Source: Microcystis aeruginosa NIES-843
GTDB lineage: Bacteria > Cyanobacteriota > Cyanobacteriia > Cyanobacteriales > Microcystaceae
Direction: 5' to 3'
NCBI RefSeq assembly: GCF_000010625.1
Contig: NC_010296.1
Span: 4,380,001 to 4,412,000, forward strand
DNA: 32,000 bases
Shown: piece by piece, positions 7,016-15,969 of the stretch
How the letters are laid out: every line of letters starts with the position of its first letter
How positions within the stretch are numbered: position 1 is the stretch's first letter
The notes under the pieces: model-generated
Told to the model about the DNA's origin: nothing
Database searches by the model: none
Seen by the model: the letters and a program-made list of their open reading frames with translations, nothing else
Program-made: the position numbers and the translations under genes

Positions 7016-8446
7016 ATGTCTCGATTTATTAAGCGTTTAGAAGCGATTGGAATACATGGAAGATTTGATATTAATCTTGATTTTCAAGATGGAGTTAATA
7101 TTATTCATGGAAGTAATGGCACAGGCAAAACCACTGTATTGCATATTCTTGCTAATGCCGTCAACGAAGATTTTAGACGTTTTGGCTATTTAAAATTTCA
7201 AAAATTAACCATTACATTAGATGATGATACGAAAATATTGATAGAACAGCATAATTCTCCTCAAGAAGATATAAAAGAAACAGTAACAACAGTCTTTGTT
7301 AATCATGAAAAAGTCGATTCTTACCCTTTTACAAAATTATTAGAAGAAGAAAAGCAAAAAGAAAATAGCGAAATTTTCTTATCTGCACTTTATTATCGAT
7401 CATCTTCTAGGAAAAAGCAAGATATTGACTTAAAAGCAACTTATTTCCCTGCTTTTAGAACAATGATTGAGGCATGGGCTACCTTAGATGAAAATGAAAT
7501 TAGACATTTTGCCCGAAGATCACCTAATTTTAGCAAAGTTCTCAGAAGTTCCGCCAGATCAACCGAATTAGCTCGGATTCTATTTGGGAAATTTGTCCCT
7601 AGACTTGAGTATCCTTCACCGATAGAAATAGAAGAACATATTAATTCAGAATTAACAGAAGCTCAATTAAAAATTGCTAGTCTTGATAGAAATTTGCTTT
7701 CACAAGCTTTTATTCAATTTTCTCAAGCTATTTCTCAATCATCTGAGACAGACGATAATACAAAAGAGCCGGAAGAAGTTATTACAGAAATAATAGAACT
7801 TTCGGAAAAATTGCAAAATTCATCTTTTCAAGTTAATCGTAATCAATCAGATGATGTCTATAAACAATTAATAGAACAGTTGAAATCGTTTGAATCAGAT
7901 CCAAAATACAAAACTATTGCTAGTAGAGTTTTATCAGTGTATAAAAGTTCTCTTCAACAAAGACTAGATGAACAAATAACAGCTTATTCTAGTATTGAAA
8001 GATATCTTGAATCAGTCAATGGATTTTTAGAGAGAAAGCAATTAAAAATAGGTTCTACAAGCTTACCTCAAGGCAGAGGGAAATTAGGTGTTAAAATTGG
8101 TGATGAAGAAGCTATTCATAGTCTGCAAATTTTGTCTTCTGGAGAAAGACAAGTCGTAGGTTTAATTTATGCCGCCAGTCACATGACAAGTGGTAGGGTT
8201 GTCTTAATTGATGAACCTGAAATTTCACTTCACATCGATTGGCAACGTAAATTATTACCAGAAATGGTTAAACAACTTGATGAGAAACAACTCATTATTT
8301 GTACTCATTCTGCTGTAATTGCATCCAAATATCGAGAGAGAATGATAAAACTTGAACTACAACCAACGGCAAAGGCTAATATAAATACTGACACTCTTGA
8401 AAGTGATACACTAGATAATGATTTGTTGGACGACATTCCCTTTTAA
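7016..8446 (+). CDS. ABC/SMC-type ATPase with central helical insertion (AriA/AbiLi-like candidate)
   Basis: Track ORF 6911..8446. I prefer the ATG at 7016 because the promoter lies inside the GTG extension. Motifs: Walker A GSNGTGKTT (res 32-40 from ATG 7016), YFPAFR Q-loop-like, LSSGERQ (nt 8132-8152), Walker B VVLIDEPEISLH, CTHS H-loop. About 140 aa of helix-prone sequence separates the two half-heads. Confidence 0.8.
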   Translation: MSRFIKRLEAIGIHGRFDINLDFQDGVNIIHGSNGTGKTTVLHILANAVNEDFRRFGYLKFQKLTITLDDDTKILIEQHNSPQEDIKETVTTVFVNHEKVDSYPFTKLLEEEKQKENSEIFLSALYYRSSSRKKQDIDLKATYFPAFRTMIEAWATLDENEIRHFARRSPNFSKVLRSSARSTELARILFGKFVPRLEYPSPIEIEEHINSELTEAQLKIASLDRNLLSQAFIQFSQAISQSSETDDNTKEPEEVITEIIELSEKLQNSSFQVNRNQSDDVYKQLIEQLKSFESDPKYKTIASRVLSVYKSSLQQRLDEQITAYSSIERYLESVNGFLERKQLKIGSTSLPQGRGKLGVKIGDEEAIHSLQILSSGERQVVGLIYAASHMTSGRVVLIDEPEISLHIDWQRKLLPEMVKQLDEKQLIICTHSAVIASKYRERMIKLELQPTAKANINTDTLESDTLDNDLLDDIPF

Positions 8447-8469
8447 AAATTTAGATAATTATCGACTTT

Positions 8470-9480
8470 ATGAACGGATTACAGTTAACTCCTGAAGAAT
8501 ACGTTACTGAAATAATTATGTCACAGGATCGGTTTTTATTGCTAGAAGGAGCCGATGATGAGGATTTTTTTACTATTATTTGTAATCTTTTAAAAAAAAA
8601 TGAAGCTCAGATTTCAGCAGAAAAATTATATTTATTGAAAAAAATTATTATTGATACTGCGGAGCGAATACAAGGAGAATTAGGAAATAGAGCTAAGATA
8701 GAAAAAATCTGTGATTTAGTTGCCCAAGAGCCGCCAGATGTTAACAATAGAGTTTTGGGCTTTGTTGATCGAGAATTTAGAGAATTTGAATGTAGCAATG
8801 ATTTAAAAGATCATATTAAAACTCATAAAATTAACAAGAGATTAATTTGGAGTAGAGGTCATTCAATTGAAAACTATTTTTTTGAAATATCAACGTTGAG
8901 AAAGGCATTCAACGATTATTTAGTCAGTAGTTTTTATCAAGAAGCATTTGAAATTTTTGAATCTAAATTTGAGCATACTCTCAGAATAGCTTGTGCTTTG
9001 AGTTTAGCAGGTTCATCAGAAGAGTTAGTTAAGCCTATTGCTAAATCAGTAAATTGGCAGTGTATAGATATCACCTCCACATCTCTGAAAATTGATTTAG
9101 AAGAATGGGGTAAGATACTGAATAAAAAACACAAACTAGATCAACTTCGGATTCAAAAGCTATTTAATAAATTTGAAGTCTATTTGAATATGACCAATCA
9201 ATGTGACATTGAAACCTCAAGATGGTTATCTCATGGACATATAGGATTTAATTTTATGTTTGTTGTTTATAGTAAATGTCTTTATATAACAGCCTCAGAC
9301 TTATCGGATCCTCGGAAAAATCCTAGTCAAGAAGCCGAGAAAGTTAATCAATATAAAGACACACGCTTCCGCACAGTAGCAAATGCTTGGGTTAGAAATC
9401 AATCTGTAGAATTTCAAGGTAATAACCTTAATGATTTTCCAATCAAGTGTTTTTGGATGTTAATCAACGATTTTCAATAA
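8470..9480 (+). CDS. DUF4435/Toprim-like (OLD-type nuclease fold) protein, AriB/AbiLii-like candidate
   Basis: 336-aa ORF starting 23 nt after the ATPase stop. Motifs LLLEGADDEDFF (E26), LGFVDREF (D100, E102) and RGHSIENYFF (E134-N-Y) match the glutamate, acidic pair and ENY pattern I associate with DUF4435. Confidence 0.65.
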   Translation: MNGLQLTPEEYVTEIIMSQDRFLLLEGADDEDFFTIICNLLKKNEAQISAEKLYLLKKIIIDTAERIQGELGNRAKIEKICDLVAQEPPDVNNRVLGFVDREFREFECSNDLKDHIKTHKINKRLIWSRGHSIENYFFEISTLRKAFNDYLVSSFYQEAFEIFESKFEHTLRIACALSLAGSSEELVKPIAKSVNWQCIDITSTSLKIDLEEWGKILNKKHKLDQLRIQKLFNKFEVYLNMTNQCDIETSRWLSHGHIGFNFMFVVYSKCLYITASDLSDPRKNPSQEAEKVNQYKDTRFRTVANAWVRNQSVEFQGNNLNDFPIKCFWMLINDFQ

Positions 9481-9490
9481 CAAATGATAG

Positions 9491-9517
9491 AAAAAAAGGG
9501 AGGTCTAAGAACCCCCC
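9491..9517 (-). terminator. Intrinsic terminator of rbcS
   Basis: The minus-strand RNA reads GGGGGG-UUCUUAGA-CCUCCC followed by U7. This is a 6-bp GC stem with one G-U, starting about 31 nt after the rbcS stop. On the plus strand the stem has an A-C mismatch and no U-run. Confidence 0.65.
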
Positions 9518-9547
9518 TCAAAAGTTAATAATTAGATGACAGCCAAA

Positions 9548-9883
9548 TTAGTAGCGGCCGGCATTGGGTTTATGAACAATAAAGCTCATGGTTTGACATT
9601 GTTTGATGTTGTCAAAAGCGATAACGCGGATGTAGCAATCAGAATACTCGGTGCGGCACTCGCGAACTTCATTAAGAACTTCTTGGGGACCAGAAACAGA
9701 GAATAAAGGCAGTTTCCACATCGTCCAATGATAATCCGCGGGTTTGGGATCTTTTTCAAATTCCACAGCAGGAATATAACCCTGATCGATCATGTATTGA
9801 ATTTGTTTAGCAATTTGTTGATCGGTGAGGGGGGGCAAGTAGGAAAGAGTTTCGTAACGCTTCTCTTTAGGTAAAGTTTTCAT
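9548..9883 (-). CDS. rbcS: RuBisCO small subunit
   Basis: 111 aa. [43 protein letters not shown]...WTMWKLPLF is a canonical cyanobacterial RbcS. Positioned after rbcL-rbcX. Confidence 0.97.
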   Translation of the reverse strand: MKTLPKEKRYETLSYLPPLTDQQIAKQIQYMIDQGYIPAVEFEKDPKPADYHWTMWKLPLFSVSGPQEVLNEVRECRTEYSDCYIRVIAFDNIKQCQTMSFIVHKPNAGRY

Positions 9884-9898
9884 GGGTTTCTTGATTCC

Positions 9899-10297
9899 TT
9901 ATGGGTTGGGTAGATCATCAACATCGAGATTTAATTCCGATGTCTCTGGTTGACTTATAGCAGTACGGGTGAGACGTTCCAAAAGTTGCCGACGATGTTC
10001 GGTATTGTCATTAATAATTCCCGTTTTTACCATCTCTGGCAAGAACTCTAAAACCTGTTCGGCTAGATGTTCTCTTACCGTCATGATCCGCAAAACTAAC
10101 TCTTTATTCTCAGTCATCAACCCCGCAATATAGGCCTCGCCATCCTGAATGGAATGGCTAGAAGTATAGTGACTCAGCCAAATAGCTAAAGTCGGATTAG
10201 TTTCTGACAATTGATCGATAATCGTGCGAACCGCTTGGTAAGTTAGGTAACTTTGTAAGACTTTCGCGGTATCTTGAACAACTTTTTTCGGATACAT
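9899..10297 (-). CDS. rbcX: RuBisCO assembly chaperone RbcX
   Basis: 132 aa. TAKVLQSYLTYQAVRTIIDQL is the RbcX signature. Located between rbcL and rbcS. Confidence 0.93.
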   Translation of the reverse strand: MYPKKVVQDTAKVLQSYLTYQAVRTIIDQLSETNPTLAIWLSHYTSSHSIQDGEAYIAGLMTENKELVLRIMTVREHLAEQVLEFLPEMVKTGIINDNTEHRRQLLERLTRTAISQPETSELNLDVDDLPNP

Positions 10298-10427
10298 TTT
10301 ATACAGTTTTCAGTTATTGGCTAGACAGTTATCAGTGTTGAAATTCTAGCGACTGCTTCCCGATTTTGGGCAAGTCCCCGGCATTATTTTCCACCGATAA
10401 CTGCTAACAACCTTCTGAAGGGCTGTA

Positions 10428-11843
10428 TTAGAGGGTATCCATAGCCTCGAACTCGAATTTGATTTCTTTCCAGAGTTCGCAAGCGGCAGCCAGTTCAGGA
10501 CTCCAACGGCAAGCTTCCCGGATAACGTCGTTACCTTCGCGGGCCAAGGAGCGTCCTTCGTTACGAGCTTGGATACAAGCTTCCAGAGCCACACGGTTAG
10601 CGGTTGCACCAGGTGCGTTACCCCAGGGGTGGCCGAGGGTTCCACCACCGAACTGTAAGCAGGAATCGTCACCGAAGATTTCCACCAGCGCGGGCATATG
10701 CCAAACGTGGATACCACCGGAAGCAACGGGCATTACCCCGGGTAAGGAGGCGTAGTCTTGGGTGAAGAAAATACCACGAGCGCGATCTTCTTCTACATAG
10801 TCTTCACGCATCAGGTCAACAAAACCCATCGTGATCCCGCGTTCACCTTCGAGTTTACCGACAACGGTTCCCGAGTGCAGGTGATCACCACCAGAGAGAC
10901 GTAAGCACTTAGCTAAAACGCGGAAGTGGATACCATGATTTTTCTGACGGTCGATAACCGCGTGCATTGCCCGGTGAATGTGGAGCAGTAACCCTTTGTC
11001 GCGGCAGAATTTAGCCAGGGTGGTGTTAGCGGTGAAACCACCGGTGAGGTAGTCGTGCATGATGATGGGGGTTTTGATTTCGGCAGCGAATTCAGCCCGT
11101 TGCATCATCTGCTCGCAGGTAGGAGCAGTTACGTTGAGGTAATGTCCTTTAACTTCGTTGGTTTCTGCTTGGGATTTAACGATCGCCTCTTGGACAAAGA
11201 GGAAACGATCGCGCCAACGCATGAAGGGTTGAGAGTTAATATTTTCGTCGTCTTTGGTGAAGTCTAAACCACCGCGGAGACATTCATAAACGGCACGACC
11301 ATAGTTTTTAGCGGAAAGGCCGAGTTTGGGTTTGATGGTGCAACCGAGTAGGGGGCGACCGTATTTGTTTAATTTGTCCCGTTCAACGGTGATACCGTGG
11401 GGAGGACCTTGGAAGGTTTTGATTAAAGCGACGGGGAAACGGATATCTTCTAAACGGAGACCGCGTAGAGCTTTGAAACCGAAAACGTTACCAACGATCG
11501 AGGTGAGGATGTTGGTGACGGAACCTTCTTCAAATAGATCTAAAGGATAGGCAACGAAACAGAAGAACTGGTTATCTTCGTTGGGTACGGGTTCGATATC
11601 ATAACAACGACCTTTATAGCGATCGAGGTCGGTTAAGTTATCGGTCCAAACGGTGGTCCAGGTACCTGTGGAAGATTCCGCCGCTACTGCCGCACCTGCT
11701 TCTTCCGGAGGAACTCCGGGTTGGGGTGTCACCCGGAAGCAAGCTAGTAGATCGGTATCTTTGGGGGTGTAGTCGGGGGTGTAGTAGGTCAGTCGGTAGT
11801 CTTTTACGCCGGCCTGGAAACCTTTGGATTTGGCTTGCACCAT
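10428..11843 (-). CDS. rbcL: RuBisCO large subunit, form IB
   Basis: 471 aa. Contains [24 protein letters not shown], the active-site region [16 protein letters not shown] and [26 protein letters not shown] lies upstream of the ATG. Confidence 0.99.
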   Translation of the reverse strand: MVQAKSKGFQAGVKDYRLTYYTPDYTPKDTDLLACFRVTPQPGVPPEEAGAAVAAESSTGTWTTVWTDNLTDLDRYKGRCYDIEPVPNEDNQFFCFVAYPLDLFEEGSVTNILTSIVGNVFGFKALRGLRLEDIRFPVALIKTFQGPPHGITVERDKLNKYGRPLLGCTIKPKLGLSAKNYGRAVYECLRGGLDFTKDDENINSQPFMRWRDRFLFVQEAIVKSQAETNEVKGHYLNVTAPTCEQMMQRAEFAAEIKTPIIMHDYLTGGFTANTTLAKFCRDKGLLLHIHRAMHAVIDRQKNHGIHFRVLAKCLRLSGGDHLHSGTVVGKLEGERGITMGFVDLMREDYVEEDRARGIFFTQDYASLPGVMPVASGGIHVWHMPALVEIFGDDSCLQFGGGTLGHPWGNAPGATANRVALEACIQARNEGRSLAREGNDVIREACRWSPELAAACELWKEIKFEFEAMDTL

Positions 11844-12394
11844 TGGGATTATTCCTCCATAAACTGCATGATTAGTCGCACCTGTAAAATCTCGCCGTCA
11901 ACCGACATAGATTTTTCTTAAGCTCCTTTCCCCTGCTGCCAGGAGCGAAGTTAGGGAGCAATTTTCACTAATGTTTTTTTCAACTGATCATCTTAACACG
12001 AACTTTATCCTATTCTGATCATTTTTTTTCCCTATCTCTAAAATTTTGATTGTTTTTTTTTCTCGGGGGGATTAGTTTCTTTAATCTGTCGTCATCTAAC
12101 TTTGACAATCTCTACAAAAACACAAAAAAATCAACAAAAATTTACCTGATTGACGCACAGAAAATTCTGCTCATCAGGCTTTGAGCGATTAAAACTACTC
12201 TTTAATTGAGGAAGATTATCAATAATTACAACCTCAAAAAATTGTCGGCAATCGCTAAATATTAACTGGATTTCTAAGCAATTATACCCAGTACCTAGAG
12301 GACAGTTAGACAGCCGTGAACTCTAGATAAATTAGGTCTAATTACTCAGTAATTATTGTTGAGATTTTTGGCTTGTGAACGATTATTTTCCCCT

Positions 12395-13057
12395 TCAAGA
12401 ATTATGGTTATTGTTGCCATTAAAACGATGACGTTCTGGAAATAGCGTGACCAATAACTGATTGATATAGACCTTTCCGACCACCGATGCTTGATTCGGT
12501 CGGTTAGTAGTAGATGCTTGTTCTCTGGTTTCCGCGGGACTGGCCTCGGCGACCATTTCCTCGCTATCCCAAGGACTGGCCACGGTTTCAGCGACCACTT
12601 CCTCCACTGACGGGACTGGGGACACTTGACTGACTACGGGTTCCGGTTCCGGTAAAGGGGGTCTTTCCGGTTCCGATCGGGTCGCTGACACCTCGATGGT
12701 AATTTGACGGGAAGTATCCCCGATCAGGGAGCCAGACGGCACGAGTGACATTGCTGCCACAGAAGCATTAAAAATCGTTGTGGTTGACCCAATACAGGCA
12801 TTTTCACCGATTTCACCCCGACCGACGACGAGAACACCTGTACCTAAAATTGCTCCCGCACCGATAGCAATAACACCCTGATAGGCGGTTAAAATTGTTC
12901 CCATACCCAGGCAAGCACCCGCACCGATAATTATTTGGCTATTGGGGGCTGCTCGGAGAATCACCCCCGGAGCCACGATCGCACTCTCATCAATGGTTAC
13001 ATCACCATTGACATAGAATTCCGAGCGGCTAATAGGTTGAACGGGGGGTAAGGACAT
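12395..13057 (-). CDS. ccmN: Carboxysome assembly protein CcmN
   Basis: 220 aa. An N-terminal hexapeptide-repeat (left-handed beta-helix) region, a Pro/Glu/Ser-rich linker, and a C-terminal amphipathic peptide VVGKVYINQLLVTLFP consistent with the CcmN encapsulation peptide. Follows ccmM. Confidence 0.9.
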   Translation of the reverse strand: MSLPPVQPISRSEFYVNGDVTIDESAIVAPGVILRAAPNSQIIIGAGACLGMGTILTAYQGVIAIGAGAILGTGVLVVGRGEIGENACIGSTTTIFNASVAAMSLVPSGSLIGDTSRQITIEVSATRSEPERPPLPEPEPVVSQVSPVPSVEEVVAETVASPWDSEEMVAEASPAETREQASTTNRPNQASVVGKVYINQLLVTLFPERHRFNGNNNHNS

Positions 13058-13063
13058 AATTGA

Positions 13064-13116
13064 CAGTTATTCAGTGATCAGTGATCAGTGACCAGGGGTT
13101 AGGGGGTAGGGGTTAG
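13064..13116. repeat. Composite heptamer repeat module in the ccmM-ccmN spacer
   Basis: CAGTTAT-T-CAGTGAT-CAGTGAT-CAGTGAC is followed directly by GGGGTTA-GGGGGTA-GGGGTTA (13095-13116). AACACCT x2 lies nearby at about 13149-13163. Confidence 0.85.
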
Positions 13117-13188
13117 AGTTTCGGGTATTTTTCCCGATCCGCCAACACCTAACACCTATCTCCCTTCACCGATCGCCGAGTCCTGAAA

Positions 13189-15147
13189 TTAAGGGCGTTG
13201 AATAATCGATTCGAGAACACGACGTTTCGCTTGGGAGTCAATCCCGATCAGACGAACGTATTCCCCTTGATGGTCGCGCAGACAGGTTTCTAAAGCGGCC
13301 ACCACATCGGATTCGCGACTGCTCTCGATCGGGGTGCAGCTTTGCCAAGAACCGGTTTTAAAACGACGTTTATCCGCGTGTTCACTGCCAATTTTGTGAC
13401 CTTGGTTCAATAAAGAACGAATCTGAGCGATCGTTTCCGCCGTTAAGGTACTGGTTAAAGTGGCAGTACCGCCGCCGGAGGAACTGGAAGCAGAGCTTTT
13501 GAAACTCGGTTCGGCAACGGTGGCGGTTTTACTGCTGCCATTACTACTCACCGAACCATCGGGACGCTGGATCACCGTTTCTAAAACTCGTTTTTTGGCT
13601 TTAGCATCGATACCGAGTAAGCGGACGTATTCGCCGCTATGTTCCCGTAAACAATCTTCCAAAGCAGTAATTACCTCGGATTCGCGATTACTTTCGATCG
13701 GGGCGCAACTCTGCCAAGAACTGGTTTTAAACCGGCGTTTATCCGCGTGTTCGGTGCCGATTTTGTAGCCTTGGGCGAGCAGGGAACGAATTTGAGCGAT
13801 CGTTTCCCCACTTAAGCTACCACTGATGCTATAACTGGCTCCGTTACTAGCGGGGGCGCTGTAGCTGCTGGCTTTGCCGCTGCCGTTACTAGCGGGGGCG
13901 CTGCCGGGGCGGTGAATAATCATTTCGACGACGCGTTTTTTCGCTTGCGGGTCGATCCCGATCAGGCGGACGTACTCATCGCTATTTTCAGTCACGATCG
14001 CTTCAATATCGCGAATGATGCCCGCTTCGCTCTTGGTTTCGATCGCCGGTCCGGTTAACCAAGAACTGGTTTTAAAACGGCGTTTATCCGCGTGTTCGGT
14101 GGCGATTTTCAGTCCTTGGGCCAGCAGGGAACGCACTTGTACGGACAGGTCGGAATGGCCGTTACCGTTGCCATGACCGCCGTGGACGGCGGTGGTGGTG
14201 CGGGCCGGTTCTCCCGGGGTGTCTTCGGGGCGCTGGATAATCATTTCCAGTATGCGCCGTTTAGCGGCGGGATCGACTCCGATCAGGCGGACGTATTCGC
14301 CTTGCAGGTCTCTCAGGGAGGCTTCTAGGGATTGGGATACCTGTTCTTCGCGGCCGCCGTCGATAAAGCCGGCACTTAACCAAGAACTGGTTTTAAAGCG
14401 GCGTTTGTCAGCGTATTCGATGCCGATCTTGTAGCCTTGGGAGAGGAGGGAGCGAACCTGCGCTCGAATGTTTGTATTTAAACTCATAGGTGTCACCGAA
14501 TTTCTATATAGCGTCTCATTAGCGATGTTTATAGCGGCTGCCGGTGGAGGAGTCGCTGGGCTGTGGGCTTTGACCGGGACGCTGGGGGCGAGGTCGATAT
14601 CGACAATGTGACGGGTGAAGGCTCGATCGATTTCTGTGACATCGGGTAAGCGGTCGGCCTGTTGTTGGCTGGTGATCACGGAACCGGATGGCACGAATTT
14701 CCCGGCGGGGATTTCCACGTCTTGAACGAGGGCGTGCATCATGACGATGCAATCGGCACCAATGCGGGCATTAAAGACGGTGGAGCGAAAACCGATAAAA
14801 CAGCGATCGCCCACATAGGCAGGCCCGTGAATGAGTGCCATGTGGGTGATACAGCTGCCCCGGCCGATCCACACCGAATATTCTCGGCCGTCATCTCCCA
14901 CCACACGGCTTTTTTCTAAACCGTGGATGATTGCTCCGTCCTGAATTTTGCTGTCGTCGCCAATGTGAAAGGGGGTTCCTTCATCGGCGCGGATGGAAGT
15001 CCCCGGAGCAATCACCACTCGCGCCCCGATCTCGATAGCGCCACTGAGGTTAGAGAAGGTGTGGACTTTGGCACTCTCGTCTATGCGCGTTTCCTCTGGG
15101 GATTTGGTCCGCTTTTTCGGACTAGCCGCCGTTGTGCGGACGACCAT
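13189..15147 (-). CDS. ccmM: Carboxysome scaffold protein CcmM (gamma-CA-like domain plus four SSUL modules)
   Basis: 652 aa. An N-terminal gamma-carbonic-anhydrase-like beta-helix, then four RbcS-like repeats. Each carries [VI]RSLL.QG.KIG.E[HY]ADKRRFKT[SG]SW and EYVRL[IL]G[VI]D..AK[RK]R. Confidence 0.97.
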   Translation of the reverse strand: MVVRTTAASPKKRTKSPEETRIDESAKVHTFSNLSGAIEIGARVVIAPGTSIRADEGTPFHIGDDSKIQDGAIIHGLEKSRVVGDDGREYSVWIGRGSCITHMALIHGPAYVGDRCFIGFRSTVFNARIGADCIVMMHALVQDVEIPAGKFVPSGSVITSQQQADRLPDVTEIDRAFTRHIVDIDLAPSVPVKAHSPATPPPAAAINIANETLYRNSVTPMSLNTNIRAQVRSLLSQGYKIGIEYADKRRFKTSSWLSAGFIDGGREEQVSQSLEASLRDLQGEYVRLIGVDPAAKRRILEMIIQRPEDTPGEPARTTTAVHGGHGNGNGHSDLSVQVRSLLAQGLKIATEHADKRRFKTSSWLTGPAIETKSEAGIIRDIEAIVTENSDEYVRLIGIDPQAKKRVVEMIIHRPGSAPASNGSGKASSYSAPASNGASYSISGSLSGETIAQIRSLLAQGYKIGTEHADKRRFKTSSWQSCAPIESNRESEVITALEDCLREHSGEYVRLLGIDAKAKKRVLETVIQRPDGSVSSNGSSKTATVAEPSFKSSASSSSGGGTATLTSTLTAETIAQIRSLLNQGHKIGSEHADKRRFKTGSWQSCTPIESSRESDVVAALETCLRDHQGEYVRLIGIDSQAKRRVLESIIQRP

Positions 15148-15217
15148 AGTTAGTCTTCCTCCATACTGAATTTGGCTGGCTGGTTGTTACTTAACTGTGT
15201 TTGGGTTCTATCGATGT

Positions 15218-15529
15218 TTAACCGGATTGACGAAATTCGTCCCTCTTGCTGTAGAGGGTGCGATTTTCTACGGTTATAGTGTCAATAATCCCCACCACCA
15301 TCGCGTCAAGGGGGCGATTGTTCTGTCCGTCTTCGATACGGGCGGCTCCTCCCCGGGACACTAGCACCCATTCATTAATCCCCGCTCCGACAATATCACC
15401 CGCTACTTCGTATTTAGGCAAAAGTTGCCCCTGTGCGTCGATGAATTGCAAAAGCAGAAGTTTCACTCCCGTCATACTGCGCGGTTTCAGGGAGCTAACG
15501 ACGGTGCCGCAAACTTTGGCAATTTGCAT
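15218..15529 (-). CDS. ccmL: Carboxysome vertex pentamer protein CcmL
   Basis: 103 aa. MQIAKVCGTVVSS...GDIVGAGINEWVLVSRGGAAR is typical of the EutN/CcmL family. Operon position after ccmK. Confidence 0.95.
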   Translation of the reverse strand: MQIAKVCGTVVSSLKPRSMTGVKLLLLQFIDAQGQLLPKYEVAGDIVGAGINEWVLVSRGGAARIEDGQNNRPLDAMVVGIIDTITVENRTLYSKRDEFRQSG

Positions 15530-15561
15530 GGAATTTGTTTACACTAAAAGTTAGTTGCGCT

Positions 15562-15903
15562 CTAGATTCGTCTTAAAGGTTGCGGGTTAACACTTTCACG
15601 AAACTGTTCCACGGCTTCTGTATAACGGATGGGAAGAACGTATTCGAGGTTTTCGTGGGGACGGGCGATGATGTGGGTCGAGAGGACTTGACCACCCTTA
15701 ACACGATTAGATGCCGCTTCTGTCCCCGCCGATACGGAGGCCTGTACTTCCGAAACGTCCCCCCGGACGATGACGGTGACGCGACCACTACCAATTTTTT
15801 CGTAACCTACTAGGGTTACGCGGGCGGCTTTCACCATGGCATCAGCCGCCTCGACGACGGCCGGGAAACCCAAGGTTTCCACCATGCCCACTGCAATTGA
15901 CAT
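15562..15903 (-). CDS. ccmK1: Carboxysome shell hexamer protein, longer paralog (CcmK1-type)
   Basis: Track ORF 15562..15963. The BMC-H domain starts at the internal ATG 15903 ([29 protein letters not shown]), giving 113 aa with a C-terminal extension. The K1 label rests on length and order only. Confidence 0.85.
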   Translation of the reverse strand: MSIAVGMVETLGFPAVVEAADAMVKAARVTLVGYEKIGSGRVTVIVRGDVSEVQASVSAGTEAASNRVKGGQVLSTHIIARPHENLEYVLPIRYTEAVEQFRESVNPQPLRRI

Positions 15904-15969
15904 AATATTTTTGTCTCCTAATGGTTGGCTTTCTTCGACTCTATAGATGCTGACCCCGATCAACGGTGT

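Noticed and set aside
8607-9134. ORFs 8607..8798 and 8937..9134 (minus). Similar short ORFs lie antisense to the IS1380, IS630, IS4, miaB, GTPase, PEP-CTERM, IS1634 and histidine-kinase genes.
   Set aside because: Each is fully contained antisense or out of frame within a longer ORF that has clear family motifs. There is no independent support.
9491-9517. The rbcS-proximal hairpin considered as a bidirectional terminator that also serves the ATPase/DUF4435 operon.
   Set aside because: In the plus sense the stem has an A-C mismatch instead of G-U and is not followed by a U-tract. Only minus-strand function is supported.
10346-11550. ORFs 10346..10726 (minus), and 10459..10755, 11055..11267 and 11326..11550 (plus).
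   Set aside because: All lie inside or antisense to rbcL, whose frame is unambiguous. They are typical shadow ORFs of a GC-richer, codon-biased gene.
13460-15153. ORFs 13460..13768, 14092..14328, 14192..14434, 14662..14919 and 14923..15153 (plus), and 14519..14752 (minus).
   Set aside because: They are antisense or alternate frames within ccmM. They have Arg/Gly/Pro-rich low-complexity translations and no independent signals.
15904-15963. Longer start for ccmK1, giving the track's 133-aa version.
   Set aside because: BMC-H proteins start at MxIAVGMxET. The upstream 20 codons ([20 protein letters not shown]) cover the ccmK2-ccmK1 spacer and have no counterpart in CcmK proteins.
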